Assembly: GCF_021028975.2 (NCBI RefSeq)
Contig: NC_059428.1
Coordinates: 138,756,001 to 138,820,000, forward strand
Direction: 5' to 3'
Source: Sphaerodactylus townsendi
Taxonomy: Eukaryota
Length of the DNA: 64,000 nucleotides
Numbering within the stretch: the stretch's first letter is position 1; each line of letters begins with the position of its first letter. The translations under genes and the position numbers were made by a program. Positions 11,601 through 21,380 of the stretch are shown here, in pieces. Under the pieces are notes generated by a model. The model saw only the letters and a list, made by a program, of their open reading frames with translations, was not told where the DNA came from and did not search any database.

Positions 11601-14600
11601 GTGCTTCCGTAGATTTTAGCATAGGAAGGGGGGGGGGGGGGAGGCATCTTAAGGCTTTTGGCCTCAGCCTCCAGGATATCACCACTAATATGAGTGGCGG
11701 CAGGGGGGTCCCAGTCCTGCACCCTCTTTCCTGGAAAGCACAAATGTCACTCGCCCCATGCTCTCTGCTCCAAAGTGCCACAGAGTAAGGCAACCTTCCT
11801 GCAGGGCCACACAGCCTCAAAAGGAAAGGGCGGGATGGACTCCACTCACCTGGGTGTGGCTCTGCTGCTCCCGCGCCTGCTGCTGCTGCTGCACCTGTTG
11901 AGCAATCACCTTCAGCTTCTCCGGGTACATGTGAGCCTCCAGAGAGCGCACCTGCCGGCCGAGTGGGGAGAGCCTTGTCATGTGTGCCCCAGAGAGGGAC
12001 CATGGATGCTCAAGCTCTCAGCAACTCGCAGGGGACCCCGCCAACCCCCCTCCCCAACTTTCAGTGCTGAGAAGAAAACATTGTTCCAAGGAACGCATGC
12101 CAGAGAGGCAGGGCTGCCTTCAGAATCCCACACAGGCTCGTGACGAATTTTCAAGCTTCCAATCCCAGCCAGGCAGTTCTCCTTCTGTGCCCCCCCCCCC
12201 TTCCCACTGCACAGGCACTTTTTGGCCCCCCAAATAAAGGCAGAAGTCAGACTGAGCATGAAGCTTGGCTGCGAGGCCTTGTGGAAGGAGGGGCTGGGCT
12301 CCTTCTCCAGCCCCCCTCTGTTCCTTTTGTGGGTGCAAAGGGAACCCCAAAAGTAGCTCCATAACAAGCCCCCCCTTGTGAGAGCCCCTCACAAACAGAA
12401 GAAGAAGAAGAAGAAGAAGAAGAAGAAGAGTTTGGATTTATATCCCCCCTTTCTCTCCTGTAGGAGACTCAAAGGGGCTTACAATCTCCTTGCCCTTCCC
12501 TCCTCACAACAAACACCCTGTGAGGTAGGTGGGGCTGAGAGAGCTCAGGAAAGCTGTGACTAGCCCAAGGTCACCCAGCTGGCGTGTGTGGGAGTGCACA
12601 GGCTAATCTGAATTCCCCAGATAAGCCTCCACAACTCAGGCGACAGAGCTGGGAATCAAACCCGGTTCCTCCAGATCAGAGCGCACCTGCTCTTAGCCAC
12701 TGCTCTTAGCCTCTAAGCCATAGCACCTCGCATGCTTTTGGGCCCAGGAAAGGATTTCCCGAACCGGCCCTGTGCTGCTCCCTCCAACCCCTAGCAGTGG
12801 CTCCTGCCTGCCTCCCCGCCCCCAGGCCTCACCTGCTCCTCCAACATCATGCGGACGGAGCGCTCCTTGTCCAGCTGCTGGCGAAGCTCAATCATCTCCC
12901 GGCGCAGGTCTTCGGCCTTCTCGTCCTCCCAGATGTCCGGCGACCCGATGCCCTCGTCCTTGTCCTCTGCCCTCCGCCGCTTCGGGGAGGAACCGCTGAA
13001 CTCCTGCCAAGCAGAATGAGCTGTGGCTGAGCGGCTGCGAGGACGGCAGAAGGAGGGGAGGGGGGAGAAGCCCACCGGGGCCCTTGCGGGAAGGTGGGGA
13101 GTGGGCCGCCAGAATGGGGGAAAACAGGAGCTCCCCCGTGGCAGCCAAGATACCTGGATGAAGCGCTTGAGCTGGGCGTTCTGCTGAAGCAGCCGGGTCT
13201 TCTCCTGCTCCAGAGAGAAGATGTACTCTGCCGTCTGCTGGAGAATGGCTGCCTGCCAGAGGGAAGAAGCAAGTGTGTGGGAAGAGCCGCACTCGCCTCA
13301 GGCTCCCCCTGCAAGGCTGATGGAGGTCGCAGAGATGAGGCTCTCACAGCCCCAGGGCATTGATCCGCTGTTCTGTGCCAGAGCTGACTTCTGTCGACAA
13401 ACTGCCCCAGCCTTCCCTTTGACCCGGACAGCCTAGCGGAACCACAGCACACAGGACATTTGCCCAATATGAGCCCAACGGCTCAGAAACAAGTACCTTG
13501 AGAAACCCAGGCTCCTTGCGTTTGGTGCACTGACAAGTATACCACACCGAACACTGAACGTGCCCAGCCCCTGAAGCCACCCACATGGAAGAAGGGGCCT
13601 GCTGGAACTCTCCGCAGTGCAGGAAGCTGGCCTCCAGAGCATCTGCAGGTCTTGTCTTCACATTGCCAGGAAGGGGAGACATTTAGGCACCTGCCACCCC
13701 TCGGACTCCACCTTACCTTGCTGAGCTTCTCCCCGTCTGTGTGAGGAATGAGGGTTTTCAGGGACTGGAAGCCGGCATTGATGCTCTGCATGCGCCGCCT
13801 CTCGTTGCTGTTGGCAATTTCCCTGCGTATCCGCCGCTCCTGGTCTCGCTGTGTCTCTGGGGTCAGTGGGATGTTGGCCAGGCTGCAGAGGAGGCCGGCA
13901 AGTTAGGAAGCAGGCCCCAGATGGACCCCTGGCCTTCAGACCAGGATTACCCCTCCCCCCAGGCTCAGACCCTCTAAAGAGCAGCAGCCCCCAACAGCAG
14001 CGAGACGGGGCCCAAAACGTGACTCCAGGAGTGGGCGAGGGGACGCAAAGACACTTCCCCTGGCCAGCCTTCAGCCAACCAAACAGCCTCTGCAGTATAG
14101 AACACTTCACTTGGAAGAGCAACTTGAAACAGGAATATTTATGACTGCACAGAGTGACTTCTGTTTGCCACTGTGAAAACTCACAGGCACCCAAATTCCA
14201 GGTCCAGGCAAAGTAAACTTCTTCAACAGTCCCCAGCCAACAGCCTCCTCTGCTCGGGCTGGCCAAGCACCCTCACTGATGGCCGTGCCCCCTCGCTCAC
14301 GGAGACCTGACCCATGCCAACAAAGAGGCCAGTGTGCCCACAATCCCCTTGCTTGATCCCCGAAAGCTGTTCCAGGCATTGCTGCTTGCAAACTTTATTT
14401 ATTTCAAACCTTTGCACGCTGCCTGTTCAAGGCAACTCATCAATGAATGGGTGAAATTGGGAAAATGTACAAATCAATAAAATTTGGAAGCATTCAAGAC
14501 CCAGCCCAGGAAACTGCACCAAATTTCCTGCTCCTGTGACCTGAAGCTAACCTGGCAATTCTCAACTTCGGGGCCCATTACTGGATATTCCCTGCTTGAC

Positions 14601-17600
14601 ACACAAGGGAAAAATCAGAACATAAAAGAAAGACAAAACAGAAATGTCACCTCACCCAATCCTCAATATGTTGGATGCACAACAACAAAATCTTAAAGGA
14701 TGTAAACCCCCCCCCCTTTTTCCCCCTCTTGGCTGGCATACCTGGGGGGAAACCTACTCTTTCATCGGAGTATTATTATTATTTATTAGATTTATAGGCT
14801 GCCTCACCCCCAAAGGGGGTGTCGTCTCGACAAGACAACTTTATGCATAGGTGTATTTATTTTGGGCCTTTTAAATCCATCTTTCTGTCCTTTGCACAGG
14901 TCTCAGGCATATTTCAATGTGTGAGAGGGGACATCAACCGACCCATTTCTGGAGGGCTGGGTTCCTGTCTGGAGGAGAAATCTCAAAGAAGAAGAAGAGT
15001 TTGAATTTATATCCCCCCTTTCTCTCCTGTAAGGAGACTCAAGGTAGCTTACAATCTCTTTTTCTCCCCCCCCCCCCCCACAGGACACTTTGTGAAGCAG
15101 GTGGGGCTGAGAGAGTTCTGAGAGAACTGTGACTGGCCCCAGGTCGCCCAGCAGGAATGCAGGAGCGCGGAAACACATCTGGTTCACCAGATAAGCCTCT
15201 GCCACTCAGGTGGAGGAGTGGGGTATCAAACCCGGTTCTCCAAATTAGAGTCCAACTGCTCTTAACCACTACACCACACTGGCTCTCAGAGTAAAACCAT
15301 CTCCCTGCACTGGCGGACAGAAGCCATGGCAAGCAGGTACCAGGTGTTGCCAAAAGTTTCAAACACCTGATGTTGGGGAACCAGAGAATTCTCTGGTGTG
15401 GGCAGAAGTCCTGTGCTCCTAGCGGGAGGCCACCTCACTTTCAGGACTGCAACTCCCAACATGAGACCATTCCACAGACCCAAGGAGACCCCCGGCCTGC
15501 TGTGAGCCTTCGCCGGGGCTTCCTCAAACTGGCCGAGGCTGCCCCTGAAGCTCTTGGGACAAGCAGCCCCCTTGCCCAGGGTACTCTGTCAAACCAACCC
15601 CAAAGACCCCAAGCAGCAGTGAAATTCTCAAAAGCTTGGGTGTTGTGGGGTTTCCGGGTTGGCTGTGTTCCTGTAGCATTTTCTCCTGATGTTTCCCCTG
15701 CATCTGACGCAGGCGAAACCTCAGGAGAAAATGCTACTGGAACATGGCCATAAAGCCCAGAAACCCCACAACCCCCCAGTGATTCTGGCCATGAAAGCCT
15801 TTGACCACTCTCAAAAGCTTCTTGGGCACTCTTCTTCATCAGATGGGATGCTAAAGAAACCCTCGCCTGCCCCAAAGGAAGCGTAGTGGAGTAAAGAGAG
15901 GGCAAAATGTTGTTTGCGGCCCTGCTTTTCACCGAATGAAATTGGTCCTCAGGGAGCAGTAGGGCCTTTGCCCAGGACCTGCCCCAACCCCAAAGGGCCG
16001 CTTTGGAGGTGGAATGACAGGTCAGGGAAGCTGCGTGGGGCAGAGGCAGCCCCCGCATCACTGACTCAGAGGGTTTATGAGGTGGTTTGCCTTCACCTTC
16101 TCCAGTCGTGTACTGACCTCAGATGGAAGGCCGAGCGGAGTCTGAACCCAGCGCTGCTTCACAAGACTGGGCGTATCAACAATGCCCAGGTGAGAAGAGC
16201 CACCAGTAGCCCTCTAACCACACCTGGGCTTTGGCAAAGCTGTGACCATAGTTACTGGGTGGTCCCTCTGTTGCCACGAGGGACAGGCCACGGTTTCCAG
16301 GGCTCCTGCCTTCTTTGGCTGGACCAGCACCTTCTCCCCACCTGTGGTTGCCAACCACTCCTGCACAAGCGTGGAACACAGACCCCTGCAAAGCCCCACG
16401 GGCGAAGGCAAAAGCCCCACAGGCGAAGGCAAGAGGTGCCCCCACTATTTCTCGCTGCCCCCTCCTGCTGCAGGGTCTGCTGGCATGTAGGAGCAAAGGG
16501 CGGCACGCAAAAGCGGAGAGAGGGTGCAGAACTGGATGAGACTCCTCCATGGGAGTGGGGGGCTGCTGGCGAGGGCCCCCAAACCCACCGGGCCCTGGCC
16601 GGATCCTTCCTCAGGCGTTGCAAAGCACAGCGAGCCAGCAGCACCGCGCGATGGACAGAAACGTCGCCGTCCTTTGGCCGACACACTCCCCTCTCGAGCT
16701 GGCCGGCGGCTGCCGGGGCGGGGGTTCCTTTTGGGGTGTGTGCATGGGGGGAGGCGTGCTGAGTTGGGTCGCGGGCGGGCGGTGGCAGCTGTTTCAAAAC
16801 AAACTTCGCCGGTGCTGTTGCAACCGTCGGCAACGTCCGGGGCTGCCGCTGCTGTGAGGTGGGGGGGGGCGCTTAGGCGGGCGCTCCAGGCTGGGGGGCG
16901 GGGGCGGCCAGGGGAGAAAGAGGGCAGCCCCAGACCGCCCTGGAGGAGCTTCCCAGCGGAGGCCACGGCAGAAGCCGCCCGGGGCTCAGCTGCCCTCCGC
17001 CGGACACGGCTGGAGGGCTGGCGGGTCAGGCGCTCTGTGCATGCTCTGCTCCCGCGCGTCGCCCTCGGGCCGGAGTTGCCCGGGGCCGGCGGCGGGGCCA
17101 CGTGCGCGCCAGGCGGAGAGGCCAGGAGGAGGAGAAGGGCCGGCCTTTGTGCCGAGCGGCGGCGGCAGCGTGGCCGGGCCTCGCACTACATGTCCCGGCA
17201 GCCCGCGGCGGAAAGGCCCGCCCCTTCGGAGGCTGCACAGTCACGGCCAGGCCCGGCCGCAGCAGCGGTAAACACGCGGCCAGGGAGCCGGGGCAGGGGG
17301 GCGGTCGCAGGGGCGCGGGGCTGCTCCGTCGGGGGCGGCACCGGGCGCGCCCCACTCGGCCCCCGCCGCCGCGCCTCTACGCCTCCCCTCCCCCGCAGCA
17401 GCCCCGCGCCCGCCGCCCCCCGCCGTGCCTCTACGCCCCGCAGCACCGGCAGGCAGCGTGGAGGGCGGCGGAGGCAGGAGCAGCAACAGCAGCAGCATGG
17501 CCGGGCCGCCCGCCTCCGCAAACAGAGCCGCAGCCACGTGCGATGCGGCGGGGGGCCCGTCGGTTTCCCCCACCCCTCCGTCGGCGTCTGCAGGGGCCAG

Positions 17601-17724
17601 AGCAGGCTGAGCCGCCCGCGCACGCGCGCACCCACCTGCAGAGCCCGCCGATCACCTCCTTCTCGGACTTCCTGAAGTGCTGCAGCGACGGCACCTTCTG
17701 CGCGGGCACCATGAAGTACTCCAT
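8443..17724 (-). CDS. TFAP4: Transcription factor AP-4 (bHLH-ZIP), full gene span, 7 coding exons, 315 aa
   Basis: join(17636-17724,13717-13882,13154-13252,12833-13003,11850-11951,11024-11182,8443-8604) = 948 nt, all introns GT-AG with matching phases. Protein MEYFMVPAQKVPSLQHFRKSEKEVIGGLCSLANIPLTPETQRDQERRIRREIANSNERRRMQSINAGFQSLKTLIPHTDGEKLSK... is recognisably AP-4, and the beta-TrCP degron DEGIGS is retained. Confidence 0.97.
9004..9205 (-). mobile_element. tRNA-derived SINE, degenerate
   Basis: Similar to 12397-12720. Confidence 0.65.
9568..9600. repeat. (GTG)n microsatellite
   Basis: ~11 GTG units. Confidence 0.9.
9945..10091. mobile_element. Palindromic hAT MITE (same family as 5451)
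   Basis: Foldback caggggtgtcaaactc...gagtttaacgcctgtg; TSD ttctagag/ttttagag. Confidence 0.85.
10175..10375 (-). mobile_element. 5S rRNA-derived Sauria-type SINE
   Basis: Reverse complement of 10305-10372 resembles 5S rRNA (gatctcatcagatctc..gaagc..ggtcagg..acttggatgggagac); an older related copy lies at ~4920-5062. Confidence 0.65.
10538..10760. mobile_element. Penelope-like element terminal repeats in inverted (foldback) arrangement, minimal hammerhead motif
   Basis: Inverted arms; + arm carries CTGAAGA-tgccagccacagatgcaggt-GAAA-tGTC-agga (10637-10675). Confidence 0.7.
11024..11182 (-). CDS. TFAP4: TFAP4 exon 6
   Basis: LLPVHGPPAPTHHPTVIVPAPPPSHHVTVVTMGPSSVINTISTSRQNLDTIVQ, 159 nt. Confidence 0.94.
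11850..11951 (-). CDS. TFAP4: TFAP4 exon 5 (Q-rich)
   Basis: VRSLEAHMYPEKLKVIAQQVQQQQQAREQQSHTQ|gtgagt, 102 nt. Confidence 0.93.
12397..12720 (-). mobile_element. tRNA-derived squamate SINE (Squam3-like) with (GAA)n tail
   Basis: Multi-copy in this window; reversed tRNA-like head (gggaatcaaacccggttc...ctcttagccact). Confidence 0.8.
12833..13003 (-). CDS. TFAP4: TFAP4 exon 4
   Basis: EFSGSSPKRRRAEDKDEGIGSPDIWEDEKAEDLRREMIELRQQLDKERSVRMMLEEQ, 171 nt. Confidence 0.96.
13154..13252 (-). CDS. TFAP4: TFAP4 exon 3 (helix 2, zipper 1)
   Basis: AAILQQTAEYIFSLEQEKTRLLQQNAQLKRFIQ, 99 nt, ag/gt bounded. Confidence 0.96.
13717..13882 (-). CDS. TFAP4: TFAP4 exon 2 (basic region, helix 1)
   Basis: ctgcag|C-LANIPLTPETQRDQERRIRREIANSNERRRMQSINAGFQSLKTLIPHTDGEKLSK|gtaagg, 166 nt. 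Confidence 0.96.
14986..15287 (-). mobile_element. tRNA-derived SINE
   Basis: Same family as 12397-12720. Confidence 0.8.
15638..15806. mobile_element. Penelope-like foldback copy, centre deleted
   Basis: Same family as 10538-10760. Confidence 0.65.
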
Positions 17725-18350
17725 GCCCGGGCGCGGATCGGGGCCGCCGGCGCGTGCGAGCCGCCCGGGAGTGCGCGCCCCCTGCTCGCCTGCTCGCCTG
17801 CCCGCCCGCCCGGCCGCCTGGCTGCGTGCACGGGGAGGGAGGGAGGGCGAGCGAGCCTGCTGGCCTGCCTGGCTGCCTGCGAGCGCGCGCCTGCCAGTGC
17901 GGGGGCGCGCCTGCCTCTCGCAAGGCGGGAAACAGCTGGTGCGAGCGCAGCCCTCTCTCCTCCCCCCCGCCGGCGCCGCCTCCGCCCCCGCCGGCCCGGG
18001 TAAACAAAGGGCCCTCCTGCGCCGCCAGTCCGCCCGGCCCCCCGCACGCCTCGCCCCGAGGAGCCTGCTGCCTCACCTGCCCCGCTGCCCCCCGCCCTCT
18101 GCCCGGGGCAGCCTTGGCCGAGCTGGCCTCCCCCTCCTGCCACCCACCCAGCTCTGGGCCCACCTGGGCTTCGGCAGTCGTGCCCAGCTGAGTGACCGCG
18201 CTCAGGGCGGCCTTTCGCCTCCGCAGCAGCAGCAGCAGTCTGCCCTCCCGGCCCCGAGCCCCCCAGCGCTGCTGCTGCTGCTGCTCCTTGGGCCGCCAAG
18301 GAAGGGCTCGGCTCGGGAGTGGTCGAGGGTGACTGGTTCTGCTCCGCGCT
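16600..18350 (-). promoter_or_regulatory. TFAP4 CpG island / promoter with intron-1 MYC-type E-boxes
   Basis: CpG-dense region spanning exon 1; CACGTG at 17099-17104 and 17535-17540; CAGCTG at 16786, 16987, 17933, 18185. Confidence 0.8.
17636..17724 (-). CDS. TFAP4: TFAP4 coding exon 1
   Basis: MEYFMVPAQKVPSLQHFRKSEKEVIGGLC+AG|gtggg, 89 nt. Confidence 0.95.
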
Positions 18351-19004
18351 TGCCCGCAGGAGCGGCTGGGTGGAGGGTGGCCCCGGGCTCCTGTGTGGCC
18401 CTCCAATCGTGCGGGAGGGAGGGAAGTGTCCTGCATACATACATTCAGGCCCTGCCGAGGGGATCCAGCCCTTCCCAAAAGCAGCAGACGGGGCCCTTGA
18501 CCCCCAGTCTTGCCCAGCAGTTAACAACAGACAAATGCTACCACTGGCTTCAAACAGGGCAGGGAGGGCCTGTGCCCAGAAGGCTCCCCAAATGCCTCTC
18601 CCCTGACCCACACCAAGGGGGCTGCTGAAATGTTGCCGGGGCTTTCTTTTCCCAGCAGCCACCCCCTGTGAGAAGGGGCTCAGTTTTGGGAGACTCCTGT
18701 CCCAGAGCCCGGGTATCTGCACCAGCGGGTATTTGCTGTCTCCATTGAGGGCATCCCAAAGGCCTTTCTCAGTGATGCCAGCTCTGCCTGCAGAGGAACC
18801 CCGGTGTGTATCCAGATCAATCGGGACTTTTGGAGGGCTTTACCGTGCCTGAGACCTGGGCTCCTTCTGGGCAGGGCTGGCCAGCAGCCCCCTCTGGCTT
18901 CTGCAGGATTCACGGCCAGGGGAGGCTGTGAGGTCACCCACGTGGATGTCTTGCAAAGTGAATCAGGCGGAGACACAGAGAACAGGTCCACCCCATGGTT
19001 GCTG

Positions 19005-19187
19005 CTAAGCATGGTGGCTAAAGGGAACAGCCACATCCAGAGGCAGTAAGTCCCTGAACATCAGGAGGCGCCCTCTGTGCTCTGTTGTTGGACCTCCAGA
19101 GGAGCTGGTTGGCCACTGTGTGAGGTGGGATGCTGGAGTAGGTGGACCTTCTCTTGTCTGATCCAGGAGGGCTCTTCTGAGGTTCTG
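19005..19187 (+). mobile_element. CR1-type 3' end fragment
   Basis: ggttggccactgtgtgag..gatgctgga..ggacc..gtctgatccag..gctcttctgaggttct. Confidence 0.6.
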
Positions 19188-20249
19188 TGCAGATTAATAA
19201 CTGCAGGCTCCTGGGTACCTGAAGATCACCTGTTGTCTTTGAGGTGCCATACAATCTGCCTTTTTGTTGTTGTTGTTGTGACTACGGACTAATCTCTCTG
19301 GCACTTGTGTTGATCTGAACACTTCCATCTATCTTCTATTTCACCTGGCCAAATTTCAATCCATGCACACCTTGGGCTCCCCCCACCCGCCCTTGCACAC
19401 TGCTATGGCTTGACATGTGGTCCCTTCCCACCATGATCCCTAGTTTCTGTTTCTCTCTGCACAGCGGGTGAGGAGGAGCTGGGTGCCCCCAGTGGCAGGG
19501 AAGGAGGGGCGTCATCTGACCACTCCCAGCTCCTCCAGTCTGCAGTTCTGTTTTATGCACAGAGGGAACGCTCCCTGGTGCTTCACAGGTTTCAGCCAAG
19601 GCACACGTGGGCTACTCTAGGTGGTTAGACCTCCAGAATTGATGCCTTTCCCACAGCAAGAACTGCTCAGCTGCTCGGAGCCATTTCCTACCTGGCTGCG
19701 TTTGGCCAGCCTGCCCACCTGAGCTTGGTCACCGGCAGATGTTCTTGGAGGTTCACAAGGCCAGTGGTGCCTTTTGGAAGGTGGCAGCTACGGCCAGAAT
19801 CAGCAACAGAACCGCTTGTCTCACCACGGCCGCCTCGCTGGAAACTGCAGAACACGCCTGGCGAGATTGGCTGAAGCCAACAGCTGCTCCCTTCGTGCCC
19901 TGAATGTTTTGCCTGCCTGGAAGGATGGGCTTGGAAGAAAAGGTGGACTTTCCCTTCCAGAGTGACTCCATTTTCCACCAAGACTGAGACGTGCAGAAGA
20001 AGATCACGCGGAAGTGCTCATGTGGGGCTGCAGAGCGGCGGGCGTGATGCTCTTGCAAGGCTGGTGACAGGTAGGGAAAACATCTCATAATTGAGACCTG
20101 AAGGGAGCAGAGAAGGGCCTGAGCAGGAAGGCTGGGCAGCTGAACTAGTATACAGCCAGTCCCCCGAGGATCAGGACCACCCCGGACTTGGGCCAATGCT
20201 ATATCGAGCAAAAGAAGACCTTTAAGTCCACCCCATTGCCTCGGCAATT

Positions 20250-20455
20250 TTATATTTATTTTGTACCCTGCCTTTGTCTCCAAAGTGGCTGGCACAGTTT
20301 GGTCCTCCATTTTATCTTCATAACAACTCTTCAGGTGGATTTAGCCGAGAGCGTGTGATGGGCCCGAGGTCCCCAAGTGAGTCTCCATGCTGTAGGGGCA
20401 GATTTGAATCTGGGCCTCTCATATATTAGTGCAGTATTTTTAACCACTACCCCAC
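20250..20455 (-). mobile_element. Older tRNA-derived SINE
   Basis: Reversed tRNA head (gatttgaatctggg...ttaaccactac) and AT tail. Confidence 0.6.
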
Positions 20456-20909
20456 CCTGGCATAGCCTTGGTTCCTGCCTAGATAAACTTGACAGGATGG
20501 AGGCCGGGCAGTGTCAACTGATTGTTTTCAGTTTTATGTTGTGACTCGCCCTGAGCCCTGCTGGATAGGGAGGGACGTAAACCAGATAAACAAGCAAACT
20601 GCAGTGCCAGCTAGTAGGGAAACGTGCCAGCCATTCCACGCTCATCCCATGCCTGCTAGAAACTCCAGGGTGCCTCGGGTGGCTCTGCAGCAGCCTCTTT
20701 AGGAACAGAGGGATCCCTTCTGCTTCCATCTGCGGCCATGGGGCTGGGCGCATTTCTGTTCATTCAGGCCCAGGGCAGCTTCTTTGCTCCCTGAAATGAG
20801 CCCTCTGAGTTGGAACGGCCAGCCCTGGCACCCCCGCTTCCGCTTTGTGTCTAACAGACTCACATCCTAATATTAAGTTACTATAGAACCTGATGTGTGC
20901 TTCTTGATG

Positions 20910-21380
20910 AGAGCAGCAGTGGCGTAGTGGTTAAGAGCAGGTGGAGGAACTTGGTTTGATTCCCCACTCTGCCACTTGAGCTGTGGAGGCTGATCTGGTG
21001 AATCAGACTAGCTTGTGCACTCCAACACATGCCAGCTGGGTGACCTTATTTATTATTTATTTATTATTTCATTTTTATACCGCCCTCCTCCGGAGGGCTC
21101 AGCAACCTGTGGCTCTCCAGATGTTCATGGACTACAATTCCCATTAGCCCCTGCCAGCATAGTCAATTGGCCATTCTGGCAGGGGCTGATGGGATTTGTA
21201 GTCTATGATCATCTGGAGAGCTGCAGGTTGCAGACCCCTGCTAGTCACAGTTCTTCAGAGCTCTCTCAGCCCCACCCACCTCACAGGGTGTTTGTTGTGG
21301 GGAGGAAGGGAAAGGCGATTGTAAGCCCCTTTGAGTCTCCTTACAGGAGGGGAAGGGGGGATATAAATTCAAACTCCTCC
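20910..21380 (+). mobile_element. tRNA-derived SINE interrupted by a nested retroposon tail and hAT MITE
   Basis: SINE halves 20910-21047 and 21241-21380 are separated by an (ATTT)n tail fragment and a palindromic MITE at ~21103-21240. Confidence 0.75.

Noticed and set aside
16445-18722. Long overlapping ORFs (383-508 aa) on both strands at the TFAP4 5' end
   Set aside because: Stop-codon depletion in a CpG island; Arg/Ala/Pro/Gly low-complexity, no domain; only the 89-nt exon is real
20915-20975. tRNA genes (A/B box motifs here and at other SINE heads)
   Set aside because: No cloverleaf; continuous with the SINE body
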